DNA of 64,000 bases from Lingula anatina (taxonomy: Eukaryota > Animalia > Brachiopoda). Location of the stretch: NCBI GenBank assembly GCA_051362555.1, contig CM120640.1, positions 29,345,967 to 29,409,966 on the forward strand, written 5' to 3'. Shown here in pieces: positions 40,335 through 53,479 of this stretch. A program made the translations under genes and the position numbers. The notes below the pieces were generated by a model, which was given only the letters and a program-made list of their open reading frames with translations, had not been told where the DNA came from and did no database searches. How positions within the stretch are numbered: position 1 is the first letter of the stretch; each line of letters starts with the position of its first letter.

Positions 40335-41846
40335 TTTTCATTTTTTTCATTCTGGCACTTTCTAAGTGTGAACTTGAACTCTCATGGGCCTGAAGCCTTA
40401 TGCTTTTACTTTCATCGGTGTTACCTGTTGTGCATAATTAAAATTTGATGTTGACTGTGCAGTTAAGCATAATGTATTATTGCATCAGAATTGGCAGTCT
40501 CCTATTTTGTGCATTATTATTTTCTGCTTTTCTTAGGGTGTGACTTATGGGCCTGAAGACCTTTGCTAGACACATTTGTGTGGTCAGTCTGTAAATTCCC
40601 CTTGGGTAATCACTAGGCTAATTTCAGAGCTGTTAAGTCGCTTGCCTAATTAAGTGGCCATTAAATAAGATAACATAAAACACACTTGTTGATATTTCAC
40701 ATCTTGACTACGGAAACAGTCTACTGTATGGTCTTCTTACCTACCAAATTGAAAAATTGCAATCTGTCCAAAATGCTGCAGCACGACTACTGACCAAAAC
40801 CCCTCTCAGATCAAACATTTCACCCATTTTATTCGAACTACATTGGCTTCCTGTACGACTGAGAATTGTTTTTAAATTACTGTTGTTTGTTTTTAAATTC
40901 ACCAGAGGTGAATGCCCCTCATATTTTAACTCGATGCTACATCCAAGTACACCCAGTCTCACCAGGTCTACCAGATCCACCTCCACTCTTTGTTTTATCA
41001 GAAATGATAATAAAAAAACAACCAAAACCTACGGCCACAGGGCATTTTCAATTTCAGCACCCATTTTATGGAATCATGTACCCTCACACATTCGGACTTT
41101 TGATAGTGTTGAGGTTTTTAAAAAATAATTAAATACATTCTTATTTGCACAGTATTTTAATTAATATTTTCTCATTTTATCAGAAAAACGTTTAATTGTT
41201 CAGACCATTACTATTTTAACCAGCTTTAATTATTTTAATTGTTTTTTACCTTAGCTTTTATTATCTATATAATTAGTTGTAATCCTGATAATTTTACCTG
41301 TAAACAGCACTGAGACGGTAGTGTAGTGCGGTTTTAAGAAATAAATATTATTATTATTATTATTATTTCCCTGTAAACTCCCAAAGGTTAAGTTCTCTGC
41401 TTGATTACAGTGTCCATAATAAGGAAGCAGTGATGATTTTGCAGGTAAATGTTGTTTAATATTGCAAATATGTTTTCAAAAAAAATAATATTGGGACTTT
41501 TATTATGTAAATTTGAACTCTCATGGTCCTGAAACTGTAATCTTATTGAAGGGGTAGATTGAGACCATCTTCTGGGTTTACATTGACGGGTATCTATTTT
41601 TTTCTCTTGGAAGACCATCAAAAATGAAGGATGGATCAAAGATACTTTGGAATACTGTCAGAAAATATCTTTGGATCCGCTCCTGCTATTGACCATGTGA
41701 CCTGTTGTGCATGATGAAAATTCAGTGTTGACTGACTGTGCTATTATAAGCATTATTTATTATTGCATCACAACTCACAAAATGACCTTTTTTTGCATCT
41801 TTATTTTCTGTTTTTGTCTGTACATTTGACAGCTTTGCTGCCTTGT
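38907..41846 (+). mobile_element. HINE family 1 copy (5' hairpin missing) interrupted by an L2 fragment
   Basis: Colinear with the 9883-11643 copy and ends GTCTGTACATTTGACAGCTTTGCTGCCTTGT. Contains (GT)n at about 40293-40331. Confidence 0.7.
40695..41366 (+). mobile_element. L2-clade LINE 3' fragment
   Basis: LQSVQNAAARLLT...LHWLPVRLRIVFK...GHRAFSISAPILWN is the typical L2 ORF2 C-terminus. Ends with AATAAAT and an (ATT)n tail. Confidence 0.85.
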
Positions 41847-44689
41847 AAATACTGTGTAATGCTTAGTTAACAAAATGTTATCAAAAGACTAAATATTTTC
41901 ATTTTTTTTTTCTAAATATCGAGCATTTCAATCTTCACTTGGAACTTAGCATTTACGATATTTTCACTCGCTTTGGAATTAAATTCTTCTGGAATTAAAT
42001 TCTTAATTTTGAAGGCATGTAATGCGGCTTAGATCTTTAATAAAGAAAAAAATCTGGAAATTTCAGCAATTTCCCTTTAGATTAACTTTATCCAAAAAAA
42101 AAAAAAACGTTTCGAAAACTACGATCTGAAAACCCCGTTTGGGGTAACAAATTTCTATGATTCTTTGGCCATACGTGAAATTCGCAAATCTTTATCTCTA
42201 TAGCGAGGGTGGCTCAAATTCTAGTTACTGAAAACATCTCTTATTATTTCCAAGTTTCTGTATATTCTTTTGAAGCTTGATAACTTACTGTCTTGTTGAG
42301 TGAAAGTACCATTTTAACGTGCCACAATCGATCATTTTGTTTGAGTATGAGGTTCACACATTTAAGACTCAATTTGCAAAAATACAGTGCAGTATTTTTT
42401 GTAATTATTTGTTAATTATGACTTGCATTTGTGGCATTAATTTAATGAACAATCTCACTTTTGCATAAGATGAAGGGAACAGTCAAAGTTTCCCATTTTC
42501 AAAACTGCTGCTTTTTAACAATTTTACCTCAGCAGCATCTTCAGTTTATCGAGCAACAGTTGCAGTAATGTTGTTTATGTTCTCGTATGAGAATATGATT
42601 TATGCTTAGAAAGTTACAAACCATTTATTACAAATTTTTAGACTTCAGAATATAAATGGAAGGTGGTAGTAACACTATGATTTTCCCCTGCATTTTGCCT
42701 GGGTTTGATAATTACACATATTGCAATTGCTAAAAAGCTTTTTTTAATGATCAGTGTCTCTAGGGGATTTTTTTTTCACATTCCCCATTGAAGTGTATCT
42801 CTTGTAGTGTATTTGAACGTATCAGTTGCTGTTAAATGTTGAAATGTATTTCACAAACGGCTTGTGACAATTTTTTGCAAAAATAGTAGAAAAGTTTTTT
42901 CCTTCCAAGCAATTACTTCCTGAAAAAATTCACAGCCCCTTGTGGTGTTTATTTACAGCCACAGTACCATATTTATAATTGTTAAAAGATCGTTATACAT
43001 TGTAGTACATGTGGACAATTCTACGGTAACGTGGGCACATTTTGCCCGTTACATAATGTTGGAATGTTGGAATTTCTAAGGCGCTATACGTTTTATTAAC
43101 AGTCTTTTGTACAATTAAATCTCTTCCTCTTTTTCGATTTTTTCCTATATGAATTTTACGTAATGCGGCTTCAATGTCATCATTATGGTCATCATTTTTT
43201 AAAATGAATAAGAGTACATCTTTAATTTCACAATTTATTGCCAAATTGTCAAATTGCAGATTTGCCCACACATATTTTCAGTGAAAAATAGAAATCATGT
43301 CTCTTCTTGGAAATTAATATATGATAATTTTGAAACAACCACTTTATCATTTCTATATAGACATTACAACCCCGACCCGAAGTATACCTTCATAACACTA
43401 TTATCAGACAGAGCACTGTACTACATGTACGACAAAGTAACACACAATTACCGGAAGAAGCAAACCAGCATCATGGAGGGCGGACGCTTAGTACGGATTT
43501 AATTTCCATGAGAAGTATCATAAATAAAAGGCTAATTTCATTCGACTTTTAATTTGATATATGTTTTGAAGCATAATGTTATAACCAAAAACAAACATAA
43601 CATTCCGCAATAAACGTCCACACAAACGACCACATAGGAGACAATCTTGGCATGGGTGTGGGACTGTACATGTATGTGCCGATCACGAAACGTGTGTCTG
43701 AGTAGGCCGCTTCTGGTATCTTCGTGAACGGCACTGGAATATAAGAAATAAATTCACATTCATGAAACTATATCTAAAGATTTGATAAAACAGAACATGT
43801 TTATTACTGCAATTCGTGTCAGTATCCTTTTCGTTATAATAAATAATTAAGCTTTAAAATTATACAAATATATATGTTCATATTTAACCCTCATGGAAAG
43901 CTTATGTTATCAGAAACAAAAAGGTGCCGAAAAAGCACCGTGGGAAAGCTAGAGAAAATATCCTTCACGTTAGTTAGATGTCCCCATGGTCATGATGCCT
44001 ACAGTGCACCATTTCGGGAAAATATAGTCAATGCAAAACTAGGAAATGTTACAATGCATTTTCTATCATCACTACGGAGCCTACGAGTTACTGCTGCCGG
44101 TTTTAGAGTCATCTTTTCGGCCAACATGTTGCAGTAGCAGTAATATGGCATGAGACATGCTTCTTCTGCATCTTCTACTGACCTTGGTCCTATCTGAGCA
44201 CCTCTTACCAAAACGCTCACCTCATTTACATAATAATGTATAATCATAATAGTATGTCAAAATGTTTATAGAAGATAATATACTATGTTTGCAGTATAAG
44301 GTACATGTTTCCGATATGTACATTCCACAGAATATTTATTTTTGGAAGTTGAAAAATATGAAAAACTCATTTTAGCTACTTTTGCAAATATGTCATGCAC
44401 ATACTTGCAGCTGCCTATTTATTCATGGAAGCAGGTTTCTTGTATGACCATTAAGAATATCTATTTTATAAATAAAAACTTTAATTTTACACCAATTTAC
44501 TTCATTTAGAAATCCAATATGACTACCTGCTACAGTAGCTTGAATGTTAAAAAAAATCGCACAAAAAATGCGGTGGAAGTTGGTGGAGGGAGAGGACGCA
44601 CAAGCATCACTGTGGTCGTAGAAAGGACACAAAAGCTGGCCAGCTTTGGTTGCAGAATGAATGCACATAATTTTTCTTTTACTCTCAAA

Positions 44690-45444
44690 CTGGGCTGTAC
44701 TGGGATAATTTTCTCCAGAGGCAGCATATCTGAGGGTAACAGCTACTAGCGGTCTCAAATCGGCCTCCATTTGTTTTTCTAAAAATTCTCAAACTGATCC
44801 ATATTTGGAGGTAATTATGAAACGAATAATTTTTTTTTTCAAGATACAGTTCTTGTTGCAGATTTTGCAAAATGCGTCTTTTATACGGATTCAAACATTA
44901 ATTATATGTTGTTGTCAGTCGTCTTCGGCGCCTGTCCATCCTATCAGTGATCATCACTCCATGCAGACCTTGCATTTTAATTAAGTGTATTCTGAATAAA
45001 AAAATATTCCTAATTATTTGTTTTATTTTCCTGGAAATGTTCTATTTGGGAGACCGGGTTAGAACTGATGAACGAAATAGATAAGAGTCAGACTAACGCC
45101 CAAAAGACGCTCATCGGTCTTGCATGAGCCAAAAAGATAGTAGAATGGTCGCCACTTATCGCCGATGAACGTACAGAGAACGCAACGAGGATGCTCAATG
45201 GTCGCTCTAAATATTTCAATGGAAATATTAGGTTGCACAGGGGACGCAAAGGCAGGTCGCTCAGTGGACGCACAAATCGCCCGCAGTTTTACAGGTAAAA
45301 TCTAGATTCGGTCGTTCAAAGGACGCGCAAGGGACGCAGAAGCATTTGCACTGAGGTACGATTTAATAGCTATTAGAAGTCCTGAGCACATTCTTGATCG
45401 TATAAGGGATGCAGACAGGACGCCGTCCAGTGTAAATGGGGGTT
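44690..45444 (-). mobile_element. PIF/Harbinger transposase relic with one terminus
   Basis: LQQEL...SFHNYL and VAVTLRYAASGENYPS resemble the N-terminal HTH of Harbinger transposases (xAxTLRYLATGxxY). Terminus AACCCCCATTTACACTGGAC on the minus strand with GGACGC subrepeats. Confidence 0.65.
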
Positions 45445-45516
45445 TACATGTGCAGTAGTGTCTATAGAACAATAATTCCCCTCAATCAGTCGACGGACAT
45501 CCGTTCCTTTCACGTT

Positions 45517-45679
45517 CCTGTGTGACGAAACTGGGGGTCCGTCTTACAGAGAGTCCGCCCTCCATTTACTTAGCCCAACTTAAGTGGGTCAAAATCTAGG
45601 GCGAGGCTTACATGTACCTGTGCAAATTAATGGGTACCGGACTCTCTATCATAGAGCACTCTCTGTCAAGTCACACCGG
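45517..45679. mobile_element. Short MITE with CCGGTGTGAC termini
   Basis: CCTGTGTGAC ... GTCACACCGG, with internal AGAGAGTCCG / CGGACTCTCT inverted motifs. Confidence 0.6.
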
Positions 45680-46134
45680 CCCACACCTGGGCCAGGTTAT
45701 CACATCTTGATCTGAATGAAGTAAGCTAATCTGTTTGCGGTCACTTGGATCTCAATGATGGCTTTAATCAAATAAGTTTCAAATACAGCCGAAAAGGGGA
45801 CGTCGCCCAGCAGCGTTGAGTTGAGGATTTGCGTCTAGTGTAACAAATGGAGGAGGCAACTGCCACCAGGCATACCTGCGGTATTCCTCTTTTATATAGT
45901 GCAGTTTTTTCATATTTGTGGTTTTCTATGAATTGCACGAACGTATATGGAGGTGTCAGCTGTGACCCAAAAGGCCTATGTAGTGACTTCACGCATTCAA
46001 TTTATGAAGGTCACATTCCATTAGTAGTCATGCCGCTGTCACTATCGGTATGATAGTGTAAATAGTGTGTATATTTAAGCTCAGAGTCCAGGAACAGCTT
46101 GGAGTCTTTAAGCTACGTTTGGGCTCTGCAAGTG

Positions 46135-46287
46135 ATGCCCATTAGCAACGAGTACACAAAAGATGAATGTATCATGACCGCTGCCTGGACTGGACTAATG
46201 ATGGAAATGAGAGGTCGATCTGCACCCCTGTCGAAGAGGAGTATCCCAGGGACGTTGCTGAATGTGATATATTTATCCGGTTTTTTA
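46135..46287 (+). CDS. MFSD9: MFSD9-like copy B, exon 1 (start ambiguous: ATG at 46135, 46174, 46198, 46201 or 46207)
   Basis: Ends ...GTLLNVIYLSGFL, identical to copy A over LNVIYLSGFL. Donor GTACGT at 46288, phase 0. Confidence 0.8.
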
Positions 46288-46574
46288 GTACGTATGAGGC
46301 AAAATTTAGCTTTTTGAGTTATTTAGACCATAAAAGAATGTGCACATGATCTTAACCTCTGTTCCATGTCTTCTACCCTGTAATTGATCGCTCAATATTC
46401 TCAGCCTATGGCACTGGATTCTCATGTATCAATTCTATAATATTGTCAATTTATACCATGTTTCTTTGAACGTAGACTGTACAAACGCTAAAACAATAAC
46501 TATAGCCTCGCACGACTGTAGCAAGATAGCATTTTACCGAAAGTCACATATTTCATGCTTTTTACGTACCACAG

Positions 46575-46662
46575 GACCTGTTCGGAGTTAGCTTAATTCT
46601 TCCGTGGCTTACCAGTTATGCAAAAGATCTTGGGGCGTCTGCCACTCTAATTGGAATGCTAG
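46575..46662 (+). CDS. MFSD9: MFSD9-like copy B, exon 2 (DLFGVSLILPWLTSYAKDLGASATLIGML-G)
   Basis: CAG acceptor, GTAGGT donor, 88 nt as in copy A. Confidence 0.9.
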
Positions 46663-46733
46663 GTAGGTGATAAAGTTCAAAATGAATGTCTCAAGATTTA
46701 AAATTGTGTCTGATTTCCTATAGAATATATATG

Positions 46734-47290
46734 TACTGCCCAAAAAGAAACGCAAGATTTTGTTTTGACCACAGTGCGTCAACATGCCCAGAAAAGCACA
46801 TTTTAGTCTGGTCACTGAAATCGGTGACGGTGCACCATCTCAGTCCTGCAACAAAGTACTGATACGTTTGAGTGATTCCAGACAATTGCTAAGCTTCAGA
46901 TTTTCAGAAATCTCATCTGAACACTTATGGGGATAAATGTCTTAAAGATATCAGTTGTCTACAATCAGTGCTCGTGGACACTAGAATCAGAAATCCAAGT
47001 TAAGGAGAGTGAATTCCATGTTGACATCATGCCACGGCTGTCGGGTCTGGACAGGGGTCGTGTCATAGCCCATTGCCATTGACTCAGTATTATGGTTTGG
47101 GCAGGCATAAGTGGCAGTTTCCAGACAGAACTCATGGTGATTGCAGTTATTGGTGGAGATCTGGCTGGCCAGTGGTACAGAGATGAAGTCCAGTGGACAG
47201 CTGTGGTGCCCTTCACGCAACAGCACCCAACGCTGCACCTGCTTCAGCAGGACAACGCCCGTCTTCATACTGCCAGGTAGTGCAGGCAGA
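46734..47290 (+). mobile_element. Internally deleted Tc1 transposon relic
   Basis: MPRLSGLDRGRVIA N-terminus at 47029 joined directly to MVWAGIS...YRDEV...LQQDNARLHTAR (second catalytic D region). Confidence 0.75.
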
Positions 47291-48367
47291 TCCAGTCCCG
47301 TAGCTATGACACGGTACCGTCAGAGCGGTACGAGACGGGTCGGCTTTCAAGTGAAACCATCAGTACCGCCAGCGTTCTCGTTCTACTAAAGGTAACATGG
47401 ACCTTCAGATCATGTAAATACCATACGGCTCGTGGGAGCTCTACAACGAAAATGCCAATATTTAAAAAATGAACACTTCACACACACAAAAACTTCATTA
47501 CTTTAGGAAAAAATCTAATCAGTTGGGCTGTTTGTCCAATTTAAGCTGTATCACAAAGTCACACCCTCAAAATGTCAAATGAGCTAGCTGATTCATTGTT
47601 CTAAGCCGTACCAAATGGCACCGTTCGCCCTCTAAATACCAAAAATAGAATGGGCAAAGATCTGTGAGAAGAATTAAATTGGTACTTTTGTTTGACAGGG
47701 TCTAGGTAAGATTTTTGGTCATTGTAAGGAAGTTAAATTGTATAAAAATTAACCTTACACGATGATGTCTTGTGATCACTAAGAAAGGCTCAAAATCTAT
47801 GTGTGAAGATCGATTTGTGGTCAGAACTTTTTTATCAGAACTATTTTAGATTGTTCACCCCCCCTACCCCCCCCCCCCCACCCCCTCCGCCCGAGCACCC
47901 ACTATCGCCTCATTAGGTGAAAGAATACTGAAAAAAAAACGCAACAGGTAATTCGTATTTCTACCGGTTGACGCCAAGATGCTCTTACTTGTGTACGCTA
48001 TTTTAAATTAGTCCCGGAGAGAAAGGCAGCCAAGATGTCAGTATTTTAAGTAAAATATGAAAATGTATTTATATTTATTTTACATTTTCTATGCCTTTCA
48101 TGGGCATTTTCTAAACAGTCCTTCCTCTGCCTTCGAGCCTAGCTTTGATTTCTTTTTGTTTAGGGGATGTTTGGCTGAGAAAGAAATGAAATATGATGAC
48201 GAAAAGCTATCAATTCCTTCCCCACTGGTACCATGGGGATGGGGGGTGGAGTCCCCCTTTCACTTACTCACTCGCGCTCTCCTGACACCATGGTTAGCTG
48301 GAGTCCGCCATTGTCACCCTGAGTAACCAGGTATTCAGGCAGTGCTGCAATTTTCAACATTGCTTAA

Positions 48368-50328
48368 AGGGATAATAACTCTTCATATGAGATCTATATT
48401 TCACAATAAAAACATTGTGAATAACTCGTAGAAATATAATATATTCTGTTTTACCACAAAAACGGTAGTTATAACTATCATTCTGATATCTGAGCTTGTC
48501 TTTAGACCACGTGACCTCCATTGATGGCTATAAGAGATTTTAACAAAAAACCAAACTATTTAGAAAAAAACCAGGGACTAACTTTGAATGTAAAAATGGA
48601 TCCATTAACTATTGGTAAGTATGGAAAAATTGTTGTTTACTCCAGGAAAATTCATTTTTTGGCCGAAACGAAGAGTTACAGGGTTACCACTTAATATGGA
48701 ATATTATTTTTTGGCGAATAAATTTTCTACATAATATTTAATTTCTCTCAAAGTACATTAAATCCAAAGCTGAGGTGTCACTCCATGTGTAGCCAGATGT
48801 GTTACCTAATTACCACACAACTCTCGAAACAATTGATGCATGCAGTTGCATGTTCTGTGGTCAGAAATGTGAGGGGTGGTCTTTTCGGCAATTTCTGCCC
48901 TTGTATAAAAACGCATGGGTTTGGTCAATCTTTGGAGCGTGTTTAGAGAAGCAACAAAGGGATCGCTCTGAAACTTGACAGGTACCTTAGTGAAGATATG
49001 GTACGACAGCAAAGCAACGCAGCGTACTATGGGATTCTTGCTCTCAGAGAAAATGGCCAGAAACGGACAGCCATTGCCAGGTAATTCAACATTTATCAGG
49101 AACCGTTTGTGAAGTCCTCCAAAGAAATGCTGCTACAGGGGCACCTACTCCAATACCTCGACCAGGGTGTCCGCGTATCACACCAAGAAGACAGGATCGC
49201 CTTCTCCTTAGTGGACGCCGTGCTGGTCGTACAAAGACAACCAGTGTCCTCAGAAAAGAGAGGCAGAATGTCATCCAAACGTTCCACGTGAACAAGATAT
49301 TTCTGCAAACCGGTTATTTTGCACGAAGGCCAGTAGGGAAACCACTGTTAACAACAGGTCATATACAGCGACGTCTGCAAAGGGTTGGGGACCACGTGCG
49401 TTTGCAGCCAAAACACTGGAATCACGTTGTTTTCAGTGATAAGGCCAGATATGGATTTTTTAGGGTTGACCGTCGAATCCGTGTCCTCCGACGTGTACGA
49501 GGGGCATAAAACAATGATTATGTACTGCCTAGGGTGAAAGGAGGGGATGGTAACGTCTCTGTTTGGGGAGCATTTCATGTCGGTGCCCAGAACCAGTTGG
49601 TTTTTCTAGGAGGCAACCTCATCCAGGATTCCTACAGAGACATTCTACAGCAAACAATGCTTCGATTGGTAAGATTCATCTTCAGGAACAACTTTGTGTA
49701 CCAAGACGACTGCGCAACCCCACATCGAGGCCACAGAATCACCGTTTTTCTTCAAAACCCATGGGTTCAGCAACTGCCCTGGACTGCAAACTCTCCAGAT
49801 ATGAACCCAATTGAAAATCTGTGGGCGGAAGTAACTCACAGAATTAATAGCTATGGTCCTGGCCGGTAAATAGTGATGAACTGCGACAGGCAAATATCAC
49901 TGCGTGGAATGATATCCCAACCCAAAACAAACGTGTCACAGGATATGCCATGTAGGATGAGGGCGCTGCAAGCGGCTGCTGGAGGTCATACCCGCAATTA
50001 CTGACTTTTCATGATTTACTGTAGTGAGTTCTTTGACTGTGTAACATATCACTGTCCGGAGGCTATCATTTTCTTTAATATTTTATCTTAAAGTTTATAC
50101 TGACATCAAACTGTTGATATGGTTTTCTGGGGGTGTTCCTTTCTTTTGAATGGCATCTTATGTCAGATTTAATATTATTGACCGAAATATCTCACAACAG
50201 AAGACTGGATGTTATTTTCACTCAGTGACATACTTTTTTAATGACTCAAGCCAAAAAAAATTAATCAGCACTCAAAAATAACAATGATAAAAATATTCCA
50301 TATTAAGTGGTAACCCTGTATTATCCCT
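48368..50328. mobile_element. Kolobok-type MITE (~320 bp net) whose right TIR is split by a Tc1 insertion
   Basis: TTAA-AGGGATAATAACTCTTC at the left. On the right, GAAGAGT-TA-[Tc1]-TA-TTATCCCT-TTAA rebuilds the exact reverse complement. Confidence 0.85.
48679..50318 (+). mobile_element. Full-length Tc1 (DD34E) transposon with a disrupted transposase (~48997-50001)
   Basis: 27-bp perfect TIRs CAGGGTTACCACTTAATATGGAATATT and a TA duplication. Motifs VVFSD, VWGAF, YQDD...SPDMNPIENLW with 34 residues between D and E. Frameshifts and stops are present. Confidence 0.93.
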
Positions 50329-50665
50329 TTAATAAATAACATGGTGGCACGTGCAGTAATGCTATGCCACTAAGATCAGGGTGACTGGGCTTATTAGCTA
50401 GCTGTTACTGATATGACCAGCAATGATTTTTTCAAAATTATGCCTTGCAGTACTTGTAGTGTCCAGGCGTCCGAATACTTAGTGCAAAACTTAGTGAAGG
50501 TGGGGTCAACAAATTTAGTCAGCCTAAGGGTACACAATGCTTTTACACGGTTGTTTATATCATGGGGAAAATTAAGTTATTATGTCCAAGCTTATATACA
50601 CATATACGCTCTTGTCTGCAACATTTCTCAGCCCCTTTTTTCCAAGTTTACAGATAAATTTTAGC

Positions 50666-51120
50666 AGTTGTAGATTTGGGGGGGTTGTCAGGGGGGACGT
50701 GACCTCTGCCCCCCCCCCCCCCCCCCCCCCTTTTGATTTCTGAAAACATCGCACCAATGGTCCCCTCTTTGAAATTAGAATTTTGTCTAGCAGACTCATA
50801 GTTCTAAACCGTACCAAATGTCACCATTCGCCATCTAAAATACCAAGGGGGGTGGGGGGAGCGGGCGGCTTCGTTTCCGCGGACCCCTCCTTCAAATAAT
50901 CCTGGATTTTTAAACTTACAAGATATTATTCAAATGCAGACTGAGTTCAAAAATCAGTCTGATCAGATTATATTTCTTGAATTTATGCATTTTTTGTGAA
51001 ATGTCAAAATTCTAATTTCGAGAGGGGACCATTGTTGTGATTTTTATCAGAAATCGAAGGGAGGTGGGGTGTCAGTACCCCCCTGACCCCACACCCTCAC
51101 CCCACCAAAATCCGCCACTG
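50666..51120. mobile_element. Fragments of a CAGTGGCGGAT-type repeat family (also ~47580-47645 and ~55430-55600)
   Basis: Shared block GGTCCCCTCTT(T)GAAATTAGAATTTTG...TTCTAAACCGTACCAAATG(G/T)CACCATTC occurs in both orientations. Confidence 0.55.
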
Positions 51121-53314
51121 TATTCCTACAGCACACTGTAGCTGGTGGCAACCACCAAACAACGCAGTCCGTCAGAAGAGCGCCAGAGAGCGATGCGCTG
51201 CGTACGGCACATTACATTCACAGAATGGAGGTGAAGACTATCTAAGGAAACGTGCAGTTATTTATATGTGAAGTGTGGTGTAGGGAAAAGAACAAAGATC
51301 TTTGCTCATGAGTTTTATTTCCAGTAAATGCCAAGAATGATTCTGATATCATCTTCTCTAAATCAGTAGAATAAAGAAATGCCTCCAACTTCACTTGTTG
51401 GTGTTTACAAGCAAACTTGAGTCTATTTACAACCTAAAAACATGCCCATTCCGAACTTAAACATGTACAGTCATGAGAAAAGACTAATTAAAAAACGCAT
51501 TTTGACATCAAAATATGTAATTGTTTAATGAAAAATGTAATTTTGACACAGATTAATTTACTTGTGTATCACGAACGTTATTAAGAAGCAGGTAATAGGA
51601 TGATTATCAGTTTATACAATTACAAGTTGTCTTTAAAATTTTCCTGTGAGCCAACAACTATAGTGGCCAACAAGATTTTTAGCTCCAAAATCTTTTTGCT
51701 TCTAATATTTTGACTGTTATTGTTATTTTTTCTCTCTGTTTTCGCCTTAATTTTCGCTTCAAAGAAAAAAAGAGAGAAAATATCCCAATAAAATTCAACC
51801 CTGTCGAACGCAAATAAACAGAAACTCAGTTAAAAATTTTAACTGTTTGCCGATATCAATTTTCACTCACTTGAAAACCTTAGACACGCACTTTTTTACT
51901 TATTTATCATAAGTGAAACCTTATCTTAGGCGTGCGATTTTCACCAAAAGCCATGTCGTCTGCAGCGCAACTCTGAGTCACTATATGTTCTTCACTCGTG
52001 GAATGATTGTGTTAGTGCAGAAAATTTCTTTCTCGCCAGAAGACAACTGAAAACTTTGATAAGATTTTTTTAATCATCACAAAAATCATCAAGGCCGTCA
52101 AAATAATCAGCATTACAAATCTCTGATGTGAGCATCACTTCCGACCCAGACTTATATTACTAAAGGGGACTTAATTTGCATATAAAAGACAAAATGCATT
52201 TTTTTCTGATTTAGGCTTGTCTCCAATTATTTCATACTTAAAAAAGTAGTGTCCCCTTTTGCTCACAAATTGGGACACTTTTGATCTACATGTTTGTAGA
52301 TTATGTAATTTAAAATAAGTTTTATATCACAGACGCGTATCACTTTTTCACTCCACGGCCATAAAACTCGAATGATAGCTGCATGGGTATAGAATTAAGT
52401 CAATTGCCTGTATAAAATTGCCATACGATTATTGATTTTTTTTAGTGTGGATCGTTTTATGGGGAGACAGAAGTGGGAGGGGTATCAAGATGCCAGCAAA
52501 ATATTTTGGATGCATGGAGGTTACTAAGAGGCAGAGTATATTGCAAACTTTTGAAGGGAGAAGTACAATTAGCCCACATCACGAGCTTCACCATGTAGAA
52601 CTTTACAGATGTCACTGCCCCTGTCTATTTCATCTGACACTCCCCAAAATTTTGCGGACCTCGTTACCTGTTCAGGTCCCGGGAAGTGCGGAGCATCCAG
52701 CGTGGTGGCAGACACATTGCGTTCACAAGAGGGGGTAAAGATTTTTCAGGGAAATGTTGTATTTACTTACATCTGATGAAACGCGCGATACAGGAAAGAG
52801 AATGCACTTCTTCGAATTTATTTTAAGTAAGCACATGAAAGATTAGATACTGATATTTCTTCTCGGAACTGGCAGAATGAGCAAATGCTAAAGGCCATAA
52901 CCTATCTCCCCTAAGAACGGCATATCCTATTCGTGAACCCTTGAGCTACTTTCCAATAGCTTGCAAGGGCTACTACAAATTGTTTAGCAGGTCTTGGTAC
53001 TTCAACTTTGTTCGTACTTATGCACATTTTTGAATTCATGGACAGTTGGACGATTACTCACAGATCATTCGACAGAAGTCTATAGTTTTCTGCTATAAAC
53101 ATTTTAATGGCAAATAATAGTTCTGAACTCAGAGAGCTGATGACGGTGAAGGTCACTATATCTCCAAGCCCACAGCTGATGATAAGGCTGGTTATGGTCT
53201 GCACATTGCCTACTTCATCATAATTTACAACTGTAAATATATTTCTTTTATGATGATTTGGTTGAGACCCAGTGACCCGACGTACATTATTGGCTCCCCC
53301 CCTAACATTTGCTT

Positions 53315-53317
<3 letters not shown>

Positions 53318-53355
<38 letters not shown>

Positions 53356-53371
53356 GTGAGGGGGGGGGGGG
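53318..53371. repeat. (GT)n microsatellite plus G-run; other (CA/GT)n arrays at ~13577-13617, 40293-40331, 58181-58226
   Basis: Read directly. Confidence 0.9.
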
Positions 53372-53479
53372 TATTTCGTTTTCACTTAGGCCTGTTATGT
53401 CTTAATAAGTGATTGATATCATTTAAAAAATATATAATTGTAATGGGTTTTTAGTCGGATTGGCTTCAAAATTATGTGT

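Noticed and set aside
50340-50395. Possible tRNA or tRNA-derived SINE head
   Set aside because: Only a vague A-box resemblance; no B-box GTTCRA and no cloverleaf.
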